DNA of 64,000 nucleotides, from NCBI GenBank assembly GCA_964016885.1, contig OZ024741.1, forward strand, positions 106,268,001 to 106,332,000, in the 5' to 3' direction. The position numbers and the translations under genes were made by a program. Shown here in pieces: positions 37,440-51,540 of the stretch; the first letter of the stretch is position 1, and each line of letters opens with the position of its first letter. This DNA comes from Eledone cirrhosa. Taxonomy: Eukaryota. The notes beneath the pieces are model-generated. The model had not been told where the DNA came from, searched no databases, and saw only the letters and a program-made list of their open reading frames with translations.

Positions 37440-39490
37440 CACTTATCCCTGGGAGGGCCACAAGGGGAGTCCTCAAGCACACCTTCCAGTGGGTCCTGTC
37501 AGAAGCAACTGTTTCCAATTGATCCAGCTGTATTCCCAAGTGAAACCAGCCAAGCCATGATCTCTGAAATCAGAGAAGTAGCAGCTCTACCTGGAGTGAC
37601 TCCCTGACCTCAGGGATACATACTTGAGTAACACTAGTCCAAAGACAGTCATTACTTATGGTTCATGAATATAGGTCATGGCTAGCAAGAATACCAAGTA
37701 GAAGGTAGTGAGTTTGGCTTTTACACCTACCTCCTTTATTCAAATGACTGAATACTGAAGCTGGCACATTACTACATCTCCTGCAATTCTTGCACTTAAT
37801 TCATCCCCCTGTCTTCCATCACTCATGAACATAGCCCTGAGATACTTGAACTTCTCCACCTGCTTCTGCAAATTCCAGCCAACTGATCCTATACCCATCA
37901 GTTTTGATAAACACTTCCAACCCAACTGTGCATATCAATCTTGTTCAAGAAAACTATGACCAGGAGAGGTGACAGTACCTACCCTTGGCAGAGTCCAACT
38001 CCCATATAGAGACATCAGGGCAGCAAGAATCTGCTCATCTATCCCATACACCTCTTGGCAATACTTCCACAATTTCTCAAAGATCTGTTGCAGTGTGAAT
38101 ATTTGGTCAGCTGTGTAGCATCAGGAGTGAAAACCAGACTGTTCGTCAGCTAGTTTGGACTAAAAAATACCCCTATATCTCTTTGCCAGACACAGGATGG
38201 CTTAACAAGGAGATCCCTGTATGATTGGAGCAATCTCTTGCCTCCCTTTTTGAGAATTAGGATTATCACTCCCAATTGCCATTGCTTAGGTGCCTTTCCA
38301 GAGATCCAGCACACACAAGCTAGCCAGACAATACCTTTTAATATCTAAAGCCAAATTTCATCCTCCCAAAGGCCTTGCCACATTTGAGCTCTTTAATTGC
38401 TCTTGTGACCTCGCCCTCCGAGAGATCAGTCATCGCTTCCAGATGCACCTCATGTAGATCAGAAGATGCTGTTGTGACCGAGTTTAGGAGATCAACAAAG
38501 CATTCTCTCCACCTCATGAGGATACATCTCTCTGAAGTGAGGAGAACCTCAGACACTTTCCTGATAGCAGGTGTGGAGGAGGACACTTCTTATTACAAAA
38601 TTGGCAGATGAGCTGCTAGAATACTTAATTTGCTGATCTCATGACAGATTCCAGCTTAACCCCAAAGACCTCCCATGTCTTAACATTGGACACCTTTACT
38701 CTCTCTGCTGTGAATCTTCATGCCTGCTTGTACTGCAAGTGCAAGAAGTAGGGTTTCTTTCCAGGCCAAGTATTGTAAGCCTCTTTCTTTGCTTGGATGG
38801 CATCTTTGACCCTTTGATTGAACCAAAAGGTCCTCCGGCCATCCGGCATCACACCAAGTCATTTTTACCTGCACCATTCAACAGCTGAAGCAGAAACTGT
38901 TGAGCTGAACAGTTACAACATCCTTAGTTTGCTTAGAGAGTTCTCTGAATTTGGATGCAATAGTATCCACATATCTGGTCTTGACCTCCTCATCAGCCAG
39001 TGCTTCCCATTTTATCCTGGAGGTCAACCTGAACCTGCCAGTTTTGTGGGCATTCTTGGCTTTAGGTAGTCTCATGTTGCAGATAACTAGATGGTGATCA
39101 GTTGACAGCTCAGTCCCTCTCTTTAACATGAACATCCAGCACAGAATTATTGATATCTGTCCTCAATTCCCTTTATACCATGTGTATTTATGGATGTCTT
39201 TGTGCTGAAAGAAGGTGTTCATAATGGACTTCCCATTATTAGAACAGAAGACCAATAAGGCCTATCCTTTCATATTTAGATCGTGATCCCTGTTCCTTCC
39301 AATCACTCCTTTCCATGTCAGGTAGTCAGTACCAACATGTGCATTGAAGTCTCCCATTAGGATATATGATTTAACTACATTTAATGCTGCAGTGACTTCA
39401 TCAAGAAAGAATCTATAGTTGGACTCTGTTTTCTGCATAAACTTACACCACCCACAGAGACCTTTCTGACATCCGGGGCTTGTAAACATC
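37440..39490 (-). mobile_element. Degenerate RTE LINE (APE to RT remnants)
   Basis: ILMGDFNAHVG, LSTDHHLV, RWRECFVDLLN, KELKCGKA, VEKFKYL; many stops. Confidence 0.8.
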
Positions 39491-40543
39491 CCTATTCCTC
39501 CTATATTCTAAATTTTCCTAATGTTTTTTAAAACAACTGGTTTATATATGTACATACATATATATACACACACGCACATATATATATATAACCCAATGGT
39601 AGCGTGGAAAAATGAACATTAAACAATGATGATGATATATCATCATCATCGTTTTACGTCCAATTTTCCACGCAGGCATAGGTTAGACTAGTTTTTCTGT
39701 TGTGGGCAATGTTAAGCCAGATGACCATGTCTTGCTCATACAGAACTGATTTTGGCTTCGCTTCTACAGCTGGATGCCCTTCCTAACGCGAACCTTACAG
39801 TGAGTACTGGGTGCTTTTTGCCGTGATACCTCCACAACCACTTTACGGTGTGGACTGGGTGCTTTTTGTTGTGACACCTACATGTCCACTTTACAGTGTG
39901 GTCGTGTGTGTATAGATATATATATATACTAATTTAAAGTATCATATATAATATGTATGATGATTATATTTCTCAAAGCTCAATAGACTATTGTCCAGAG
40001 CATCAATAATTCAAATTAATTTGAATTATAATGCGCTGAAATATCCATGACCCATAGTTAACTACTGATGAAGAGAGACTTGTTTGTGTCCCCTTACCTT
40101 CTGACACCCGTTATCAGTCTCTTATCCATATTTTATATATATATATATATATATGTAGAGAGAGAGAGTCTGTGATGGTGAGACCGAGGAGGCCACTAAT
40201 CATGTTAGTACTCGATACATGGGGAGATGTAGAGTGGGTATAGAGATATGTAATATCCCGAGTGTGGTGTCAAGTGCTTTCAGCTTGTGAGTTCAGCAAG
40301 GCTTTCCAAGATTTACATCTCTCTCTATATATATATAACACATAATAGTGACAGCTTTTTTTTTATTTTACAGGCGAATGCATAAGTAGAAAGATCAATT
40401 AAAGAATTTTTATATCGAAAATAACAATCTACAGGGAATTCAATCCTTGTGGGGGAAAATAAACCTTATTTTAGATTAAGAAAAATACAACAAATCATTA
40501 GGTAGAATATATATATATGTGTATATAAAATATGAGAATTTTA

Positions 40544-40619
<76 letters not shown>

Positions 40620-41892
40620 TTGGATCTAAGAAACCTCAATTCAAAATATGTTCTAAATGTAATATGGAGGTGCGTATGAAACTATCAAGAATGTCAGATA
40701 AAATTGATGAAATTCCAATAAATAACGAATCTGACCGATTTTATCTGACATTCCTGATGATTTCATACCAATAAAAATGTTCTAGTCCTGTAGAAGTAAT
40801 TTCTATAATATATATATACACACACACACATATCTGTGTGAATGTATAGATAAATCGGCGTTGTTTAGCTCCATATCAGCTCAGATACGGCACATCTCTG
40901 ATCGAAGTCATTGTCTTTGATCTAGACACAATGTATCTAGTATAGCGTTATAATGTTGAGATGGGTTTAATAGAGTTAAGATGGCTTTTACTGCTATATC
41001 TAGCAGGCCGAGTAACCACACACACTATGTATGTATGTATGTGTGTTTAACAGGGATATATATGAAAACATATATGATATATCTATGTAGAATAACCATG
41101 TAAAAGAAATAGTGCAACTGCCAATATATGTTTCCTTGGCTTATGTTGTGTATCGAAGATATGTTGGTAGGGTAATGGTTTGCGTTTGCTTGAATTCGTT
41201 GATAGCATGGGTTTGAAATAGATTATTTACGTTCAAGTTAAAGCAATTGACAGTGTTTACATATTATTATTGTTACGGGGTCGATAAAATAAAGTACCAG
41301 TAATGTACTGGTTGTTTGGTGGCCTTGTGCCAAAAGTAGAAACAATTATTGTTACAAATTGAGTTCAAATCCTGCCGAGGTCAGCTTTGCCTTTCATTCT
41401 TACTCAGTCGATAAAATAAAGCACCAGTAATGTACTGAGATCGATTTAATCGACCCCCCCCCCCAAAAAAAAAAGAATTGTTGGTCGTGTGCTTATAGTA
41501 GAAACCTTTAAATAAAGAAAGAAACCACTATTATTATTATCCTCATCATTTGAAGAGATTAAAAGCTGAAGCAAACAATTTCTGCTTGAACACTTACGAT
41601 ATCTAATATTTACCTTATCATTTTATATATATTGTTACGGGTGTATATTATATATATATATAAATAATTTTTGCATATCTCTCTTTCTTTATATTTATAT
41701 ATACATGTGTATGGCAAGACACATGGTTGTATAAAGCGCACCTAATATATGACAACTATATTATATATAAATAAATATATTGCATATAACAAGAAAATAT
41801 AGCTATATATGTATATATGAAAAGATGAGTGACCATTGATACAAAATCAATAGCAACGTTGGCAAACGGAAGAAATACATAGATTAACTTAC

Positions 41893-42100
41893 AGCGGGAA
41901 CAAAATGGGAAGAATGCAATCCTAAAAAAAAATATTATGCTAAACTACTTTACGGTAAGAAGCCGGAAGTCAGAGCTGCTAAAATTCAGAACCGGAATTC
42001 GGTGTGGTTACATTCTAAACCGGAGCTGAATGCCAGTGATGTGGTTCATGCTCAGAACTGCTACAATACAATCACGTGACAACCGATTCCGGTTCTGTTA
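41893..42100 (-). promoter_or_regulatory. Candidate promoter and first exon of CDK2AP1
   Basis: CpG-enriched patch with an ETS site CCGGAAGT (41963-41970), further CCGGA motifs, an E-box TCACGTGAC (42072-42080) and a minus-strand donor |gtaagt at 41892. Confidence 0.5.
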
Positions 42101-42437
42101 CAGTCATTTTCAGCATTATTTTGTTCATTTAGTGTTGCTATAAAATTTATAGGCGGCTAATTGGCAAAATCGTTAGAATTTCGAGGTCGATAAAAAAAGT
42201 ACCAGTACAATACTAAGGTCAATTCTTTCACTCTCTCTCTCTCTCTGTTCAGATCTGAAGAGGAAATAGGATCCGACAGGTTGAAAAATACATACATGCA
42301 TACACACACACATGCGCCTGTCTGAGCCCGATACGGGCAACCAACAGTTCACAATATGAGTTTCACCTGAATATCCAATCAGTCATTCGAGTTAGTTAAA
42401 AAAAAGTCTATATTAGTAGCATGACATAGTCCCTTCG

Positions 42438-45400
42438 TTATATCAGTTGATCTCTCTTGTTATTGTGTCGTTTCTCCCTTTTTCTCTTGTCCTGCTTTCT
42501 TTGGTTTTCAATATCAATACTTACATCATGGATTATGTTCCACCATATTGGTCTGTCATCAACATAATGCCACCAGCAGTGAAAAATATTACCTTTTCTC
42601 AAAATATCCTTGATCGTGAAGTGAAGGCGTCCTACATGTCCAACACCATCCTCAAGGTCACCAAAAAAACGTTTCTTTACAGGTCTAAAATCATCCATGC
42701 GGACGTCATGGGCAACCCATCTGAGTCTGTTCCTTATGAAGATAGTTTCAATGTCGGGAGTCTTTGCATATTTCAGTACCTCATCATTTGTGACAATGTG
42801 GTCCCATTTAATGTTGAAACAGTTCTTAATTGTCTTATGTGGTAACGATGAAGAGTCCACATCTCACTTCCATAAAAGAGAGGAGTCACATATTGGTTAT
42901 AAACTTTAAGTTTAGTCTCAGAAGTCAGTTCCCTGGATTCAAAGACTCACTCCTAGTTTACCTACAGCACAAGAGGTAGCTTGAATACTTAAACTAAGCT
43001 CTTCATCTAATTTATAGTCTTTGGTGACATAGATGTCAAGATATTTGAAGCATTCCACTCTGGCAAGTTTTTGTCCATTAATGAAAACATCAACTTGCAC
43101 TGTTTCAGTCTTCTTAATGTTGATATGAAGGCCCATTTTCAATGAAACTGTGTTATATGAAGATAACAGCTGCCGTAGAACAATGGAATCGTTGCAGAAA
43201 ACAGCGATGTCAGCAACATATTGCCCCCCCCCCTTATAAATTCAAGTGGATTTGAGGCAACAAAGATAAAAAATATTGCCATTATATTTGGCGTTAGGAG
43301 GGGCATCCAGCTGTAGAAAACCAGCCAGAAACACCCCTATATGAGTGAGACACGGTCACCTGACACAACTTGCCTCAAAATAGGACCCATCTAACCCATG
43401 CTGGCATGGAAGATGGACGTTAATCGATGATGATGATGATATCTAAAGCGTACTTTGATGCTGTGTGAGGGGCTGACTTCTTTAGAGGCTATAAAAAGCA
43501 ATACAACAGCATAGACCCCAAACAGTACACGGGAAAGTTTGCAGCCTTGTTTCACTCGAGTATTGTAAGGGACAGGGTTTGACAATTCGCCAACTATAAT
43601 AAGCCTAGCATGCATTTTTGAATATAGAGTCCTAATGATACTAACAAATTTATCAGGAAAGCCAAGCTTTCTCAGAATTTCACAGTCAAAAGCCTTGAAG
43701 TCTATAAAAGCAATGTGTAAATTACACTGATGTTCTCAGCATTTCTCTATAATTTGACATAAGGTGAAGATACTGTCTGTATATCCTGATTGTGACTAAG
43801 AGTAAAACTTTTTAGCAAGCTGTTGCAGTCTGTGGAGTATGATGTTTGCAAGGAGTTTCCCAATCACATTAAGCAACGATCACCTTTCTTAGAAAAAATA
43901 GAATGTTAGCATCAATAAGATCAGATGGTAAGCTTTATGAGATCCAGAACTATTTAATAATTGTTTCTACTTTTGGCACAAGGCCAGCAATTACCCAGTG
44001 CATTACTGATACTTTATTTTATCGACCCCGCAAGGATGAAAGCAAAGTTAACCTCGGCGGAATTTGAATTCAGAATGGCAAGGGCCGTAACTCTATGCTG
44101 CAAAGCATGGTGTCCGACCCTCTACCAGAAATGATCTTAAGGTATTGCCACCATGAACTAAAACCTCTTGGACTCTTCTTGAGTTTAGTTTTTTGTGTGC
44201 TGTCTCAAGTTCTATCATGGTGATAAGGTTGTCAAATCTTTTAATGATTGGTTGTTGCTCCATTTCATTAAGAATTTCCCAATTAGCATCAGTCGGTTGG
44301 TTGAGGACTTCACTAAAGTACTCAATCCATCTGTCTTTGATGTCTTCAATTACTGAAAGAAGGTCACCGTTCTTCAACTGCACAGGATGCAGATTTTTGA
44401 CCTTGGGACCATATACTGCATTGAAAGTTGCATAGAGTTCTCTATGATTCTTCTGTACAAATCTTTCAATGTCATTGGCTTTTTGTTGAAACCAGTTGTT
44501 CTTGAGCTTTCTAATTTTATCTCTTAGACCTTTTATACTGCTGCTCTCTCTTAGCTTTCAGAAGTCTCTGAATTTCTTGCTCCTGATCTTCAAACCAATC
44601 TCTACTTCTCCTTTTTCTTTTTTTATGAAAGAATTGTTGGTGATGTTGATGGATTTCCTGCCCACTGGATTATCAAGGATGTGGTGCCAGTGTTGGGAAT
44701 GATGCTGCCAAGTGTTCTTGAGACAAGTATTTAGTTGGTACATTGAGCCCATGATGGAGAGTTGAAAGCATGTGCAACATCCTAACAACATTAAGCCATT
44801 AGAGTTCACATTTCCCACTCCATGTTTGCCAACTACTGATGGCCATGACTTCCAATCTTTTCCAATATCAGTTTTGAAGTCACCAAGAACAACAATAGCA
44901 TCCCACCACTTGCTTTAACAATGCATTCACTAAGTTGCTCATAGAAACATTCCTTCTCAACCACTGACTGTTACATTGTGGCTCCATAAACACTGATCAA
45001 TGTGAGATAAGAGTTGTTCTTCAGTTGAACGTGAGCAGTCATGAGTCTGTCAGAAATAGGAACTGGATTAATGTGACCAAATTTATTAGAGACAGCAAAT
45101 TCAACCCCAGCTGCTGTGTCATCATTTCCGTTCCAAAAGATAGTATGGCTCCTCTCTTTTATGTTACAGGAGCCTGGACGCTGTACCTCACTCAAGGCAC
45201 AAATATCAATACCTATCTTTTCTATCTCACTGCAGATAATAGCTGTAGTCCTTTCAGGCCTGACAGAATTTCTATCATTGTTAGTAGTCCAAATATTCCA
45301 AGCTGCTAGATTAAGCAATTGTGTCACTCTCTTGGAAGCTCAGTTATTTGTTGAAATTGAATTTTCATTGGTTACCCTGAAAGCGGTAGAACTATATGGA

Positions 45401-45700
45401 CTTTGCTCACTTTCCAACACTGCCATATAATGTGGCACATTGGTTACCTTGTACGCAGTAGCATTAGGGGAACATTCAGTGTTACTCATCTCATAAAAAG
45501 GCTGTGCTAAAAGATGGCAATGCTGCCCAGCACACTGTAGAATCCCTTGGCAAGAAACCCTGGAGACTGGCGGCACAGCAAAGCTGAAACTACTGCAGGA
45601 GCAACCTGTTGTAGGTACTATTTGCCCATAAGTTGGGATTGGTATAAAGCCAGGGCATATCCACATGGTGATGAGCCATGCACCAAATACCTTCTGTGGA
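42438..45700 (-). mobile_element. Degenerate RTE (BovB-like) LINE interrupted by SINE and RTE-tail insertions
   Basis: LAAWNI..., IDICALSE, LISVYG, GNVNSNG, RWIEYFSEVLN, VKQGC, RNRLRWVAH. Confidence 0.8.
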
Positions 45701-47139
45701 GTCCCTACTCCTTCTTTGTTAGAGCCTCATTAGTTGTAGAACTCACACAGACAATACATTTCAAATGAGACCAAGCATGACAAGTAAAAAAAAAATTTAA
45801 AAGAAAAAATAATGAAAATTGAAAAATTTTAAATGTATATATAGATTGAAAACACACTCACATACGCACACACAATTTGGATTTGGATGGCTGTTGACTC
45901 TGCTAAGTTCCTCCGCTCTTTGCTGGGTCTTGTATTTCATCCCACAGGGTGTCCAAATATCACCCTGCTCACAGTGTCCAAATATCACGCTCCTCACCAA
46001 ACAAACTAGGTGGGGTTGCCAGTTTAGTCGCTGGTGACTCGACCAAGCGACAGGTTGTGCTGGGTTACATGTTACCTACCAGTAGCACATACATACATAT
46101 GTAATATCAAGATTTAAAAGGGATGACATAGATTGTTTTCATTGTTAAAAGAATAATAGCTAATCACTTATAAAATGTAATAGATATTTATTAATAGTGT
46201 AAAAAAAAATAGAATATGTGTTTTTAAAGAAATCAAAAAGAGATTTGTGTATGTTATACACTTTTCAAAGACATTCAGATACTATTACATGGACTATGTT
46301 GAAAAATAAACAGCAGTCTTTGGTCATTCCATGAGACTATCTTGGTCAGTCTGCCGAAGCTGATGCATATACACACTATGTACCACGCCACCCTCACATG
46401 AGGACAGGCTGAAGTAAAAAGCACCCAGCCCACATTGTAAAGTGGTTGTGTAGGTGTCATGACAAATGGCACCCAGTCCTTACTGTCAAGTGTAGGTGTC
46501 ACAACAAAAAGCGCCCAGTACTCACTGTAAATGAAGTTGGCATTAGGAAGGGCATCCAGATGTAGAAACCAAGCCAAAATCAGTTCTGTATGAATAACAC
46601 ATGGTCACCTGACCTAGCATTGCCTACAACAGGACAACTCGTCTAACCCATGCTAGCATGAAAAAATGGACATGATGATGATTCACTGTTGATAGGGGTG
46701 TAAACTTTTCAGTAAGTCAACATATACAATATCAGTAGATCTTGGTTCACTGCTAACCAATTTTTTTATTATTAAAGTTAATATCTTTTTATTTACGTAA
46801 ATTATCAAATAATTAACAATTTTCAGACAGAAAGTAATCAGAAAGAAAAAAAAAAAGAAAACAAGTAACAGAAGACATGAAAACTCAATTACATGGCACA
46901 ATAAAGGTTGCTGAAGTTTCCCTTTAATAATTTTTGAGACAAGCCAACTCACAGCATTGCTGTTTAATAACCAAGCAACCTCTTGAGCATCACCTGATAT
47001 ATTGGTAAGATGAGCTACCAACAATGACAGGAACCTTGTTAATTGCCTAGTTCCTGCAAAATTCTCAATTTTTACAGTTTGAAAAAATAGTTGCCTAATA
47101 ATTCCTGATATTATCCAATTTTATTCCATTTGGTTATAG

Positions 47140-48231
47140 ATGTAGTGGCCGTCACTAGGAAAGGTGTAGGTAGGAACTCCATCCTCTGCCCCAAATGCAA
47201 ACAATGGGTACACAAGAGATGTAGTGGGATCTCAGGAAGCTTAACTAAGAATGTAGGCTTCACATGTAGCAGCTGCGCTGGGGCAGCAAGCAGGCAACGG
47301 CCACAGGAAACAAGCATTACCAAACTCTGGGAGGGCTCTGTAGAAACAGTAGACAGCTTCTGCTACCTAGGTGACCGAATTAGCAGTGGAGGTGGGTGTT
47401 CGGAAAGTACAATAACTAGGGTAAGAACGGGATGGAAGAAGTTCAGGGAGCTACTGTCACTGTTAGCTGCAAAAGGCTTTTCTCTCAAAATGAAAGGCTG
47501 ACCGTATGATGCGTGTATCCGAACAGCAGTGTTACATGGTAGTGAAACCTGGGTGCTGTCTGTAGAAGACTTGCACAGATTAGAAAGAAACAAAGCTTGC
47601 ATGCTCCACTGGATGTGTAATAGTAATATACGCGAACAGCAAAGCATAAACGAAATGAGAGAGAGACTGAGCATAAGTGGAATCAAATGCTTGTGCAGGA
47701 GAGGAGGTTACGTTGGTATGGACATGTGAGGCATATGAAGGATGACAGCTGCATAAAAAGGTGCAGAGCACTAGAAGTCAATGGAAGCCGTGGAGTGGGG
47801 AGACCCAAGAAGACCTGGGATGAAGTGATAAAAGCCGACCTTACCCAATTGCACCTCTCAAAGGTGATGACACACGACCATGACCTCTGGCGTCACGCAG
47901 TAATACAGAAGACCAGACTTCCCACAGGAACAAGCTGAAGCATATAGACAATATTCCCCCACCCCTTCCACTGCAAAGTGGTCGTGGATGTGCCACGGCA
48001 AAAAAGCACCCAGCCCACACTGTAAAGTGGACGTGTAGGCGCCACGGAAAAAAAGCACCCAGCACTCACTGTAAATGAGGTTGGTGTTAGGAAGGGCATC
48101 CAGCTGTAGAAATGAAGCCATAATCAGTTCCTGTATGAGCAAGACAAGGTCAGCCAACTGGACACTGCCAACAACAGGACAACCCGTCTAACCCATGCTA
48201 GCGTGGAAGAACGGACGTAAAACGGTGATGA
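47140..48231 (+). mobile_element. 5'-truncated RTE LINE (PHD, RT thumb, 3'UTR, (GAT)n tail)
   Basis: RKGVGRNSILCPKCKQWVHKRC, FCYLG, MLHGSETW, RRLRWYGHV; close to the element at 56543-60260. Confidence 0.9.
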
Positions 48232-49399
48232 TATATATATATATATATATGGTGACACAACAAAAGCACGTAGTCCACACTGTAAAGTGATTGTGCTGGT
48301 GACAACAAAAAGCACCTAGTACTCACTGTAAACGAGGTTGGTGTTAGGAAGGGCATCCAGCTGTAGAAACCAAACCAAAATCAGTTCTTATGTACAAGAC
48401 ATGGTCATCTAACCTAGCATTGCCCACAACAGGACAACTCGTCTAACCCATGCTAGCATGGAAAAATTGATGTAAAACGGCAATGATGATGGTGATATAA
48501 TTTTTGATGATTTAGTGTTATAGAATAAAAACTAATGATAAAAATATATATTTAGAAATGAAGCCCCCATGGGTGTGTGGTCCGAAGCTATCGCTTATTT
48601 AGCTTAAAGGTAAGTCCAGCACTGTCCATTAACCTAGTTCCCTGAGAATTTGGCACTCATATAAAGTAAGCACCTTGAGTATTGATCAGACTTGGCTATC
48701 ATATTTGACAATAAATATGATTTTAAGTTAGAAAAATAAGCCATGAAACTAGATATGGTAAATAATAATATAGCTATATTTTTCTCCTATCTGCATCAAA
48801 TATGTATGTCCTAATCACACTTATACCAAATGACTTCTGGGTCTATGATACTAAACAGTTTATCTTAAATCTTTCATCACAATTTTATGTAAGTTATAAT
48901 CCAGCAAATTAATATTGAAAAAGTTAAATCTTTTAAAATTTTTGATTACTTTGAAAATGTTTGTTGTAGGTAAAAAGTCAAAGGGCAGCTAACCATGTAT
49001 GGCAGGATTCTCAAACTCAAGGACTCAAATGGGCCATTACCTCTTGAGGCACATCAGGCCAAAAATGACATGGTGGTGGTGAGGAGGAGCGTGAATTCCA
49101 TCTTTTATAATGCTAACATACAGGTTGCTACTTTTTTTTCTCATAAAATGAATTCGCATATGATAGTAAGTGGAATATGTGAATTAGTACAAAATGTAGG
49201 GGAAGAAATTTTCCTTTGTTCTGCCACGAGGCAAAAAAAAAAAACCTTTGCAGTCTGCTTGTTTGAGGCTCCTGATATATGATAAGGAAAGGATGAAAAT
49301 CTTTTTTTTTTTTCGTGTGGGTAAAAGTAAAAAAAAAGAGGTCAGAATAGCTAATTATATATGGTAAGAAAAGGGTTAAGGTGTTTGTTGTAGGTAAAA

Positions 49400-49560
49400 C
49401 GTCAACGAAAGGTGGGCTTAGCAGCCAATTATTGAGAAGTGCGAGAGATGCATAACTAAGGGAGATAATCATGGTGCACCTTTTATTTCAGTCATGCGCA
49501 GTAACCCGAAATCTAATGTCGGCCAAATCCGTTTTGGACCAGAAATGGTTTTTATATTTT
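49400..49560 (+). promoter_or_regulatory. Candidate GET4 promoter
   Basis: CpG-enriched unique sequence about 350 bp upstream of the ATG, with an NRF1-like CATGCGCA at 49493-49500. Confidence 0.35.
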
Positions 49561-49855
49561 ACTGAATAACCTTGATTATAATTAACATTCCTGTAATTTT
49601 TAACTGTGGCATAACATAACATACATACACAGAACGCACGCAGACTGAGCTAAAAGACAGAACTATAACACATCTGTAATAATATCATCAGATAACTAAA
49701 AACGTTGGTTGATTCTCAAGTTGTGTAAAAAAAAAGACAAGGCACTTTTCTGTTTGTTTTTCTAGTTTCTCTTGGTTTGATTTTATTTAATTACATTTGG
49801 TCGTGATTATTTTAGTAATGAGACATTAAATAATTGTTTTGGCATCATTAGCAAC

Positions 49856-49959
49856 ATGTGTGCCGAAAGATTAAGTCGTATTCTGGCGAAATGTCAGGCC
49901 TGTGTGGATGAAAACAACTTCTATGAGGCTCACCAAATGTACAGGACATTATATTTCAG
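49856..49959 (+). CDS. GET4: Golgi-to-ER traffic protein 4 homolog, first coding exon; no further exon recognised in the window
   Basis: gcaacATG; translates MCAERLSRILAKCQACVDENNFYEAHQMYRTLYFR, with the GET4 signature YEAHQMYRTL.FR; donor AG|gtaaga. Too short for the ORF track. Confidence 0.92.
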
Positions 49960-50333
49960 GTAAGATTTAGCAATTAAATTATTTCTGAAAAAAACAAGCA
50001 AAGAAACAAAACAAAACAAAAATAAAACGAACAAATAAAACAAAAAAAAACTTCCTCTTATGTTACCTCATTACCTTTATATTAAGCACGCTAATATGAA
50101 CCACAACAACATATACATACAACTACACACATTGTCACAGGATATTAGATTACACATTTCAGATATTTAACAATTAAAACCTTCCTCTGTGTTTCTTCTC
50201 TCTAGCTTTTCACTAATCACATCGATATATAAAACGCACACAAAAAATAATTACACATACACATACAGTCAACACATACATCATTAACATTGCCACATAT
50301 ATTCCCTATAAATATATATACATACACGCGCGC

Positions 50334-50365
<32 letters not shown>

Positions 50366-50367
50366 GC

Positions 50368-50399
<32 letters not shown>

Positions 50400-50401
50400 G
50401 C

Positions 50402-50458
<57 letters not shown>

Positions 50459-50639
50459 TATATATAAATATATATATATTGACAATAAGACATACCTCTT
50501 ATATAATAAACTATATTACCTACTTTTCGATCTTTATATTAGTTATATTGGGGTGTAAACAGTGATTGTGTTGTAATTCTATTAACATTTAGATATTTAT
50601 ATATATATATGTGCACACATTTGTTAGTGTGTCTGAAAT

Positions 50640-50685
<46 letters not shown>

Positions 50686-51336
50686 GAGAGGGTATGGTAA
50701 GGTACCAGGTGGACCATAACCAACCAGAGTACTCGATACTTGGGGTAGTAGAGTGGGTAATATGAAAAGATTCAGGACCCCGACGGCTGAGCTCTGGCCG
50801 TTCGGATCTAGCTAGCTGTCGGATAGAGCTCAGCCGTCGGGGTCCTGAATATATCTATATATATATAAATATAAATATAAACAAAGCAATATATATAAAT
50901 ATTACGTTTTAATTAACCACAAATTCCCTCTTCTACCAGATGGTTTACTTAAGTCTCCTCCACCTGATCTTCTGGCCCCTCTTCTTCCTAGGAGGGTTGT
51001 TGGGGCAAAGCGCTCAGACACGCCTTCCAGCTGGTTCTGTCAGAAGCAACCTCGACTGGATCCCCAAGCGCGACCAGCCGGCTCGTGGTCGAACTCTGGG
51101 TCATCCGTAAAATCTCTCCAGTGATTCTTTCATCAGACTTAACTACTATTTCTATTCCACTCACTAATTGATAATCTACTTTCTCAACCCCCACACCTAA
51201 CAAATTAGGGTTTTATTGGTATCAGATATTCTTTGAAGACAATACTAATATCTTGTCCGATTCATCGAGCATGCTCCACACACACATGTACATACACAAA
51301 TATATTTATAGATACATACATACGTGTATATAAATG

Positions 51337-51540
<204 letters not shown>

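Noticed and set aside
48995-49282. Unique ORF upstream of GET4, and a minus-strand MRKKSSNLY...HHHH mini-ORF with a donor near 49040
   Set aside because: No recognisable homology or partner exon; cannot be supported without transcripts.
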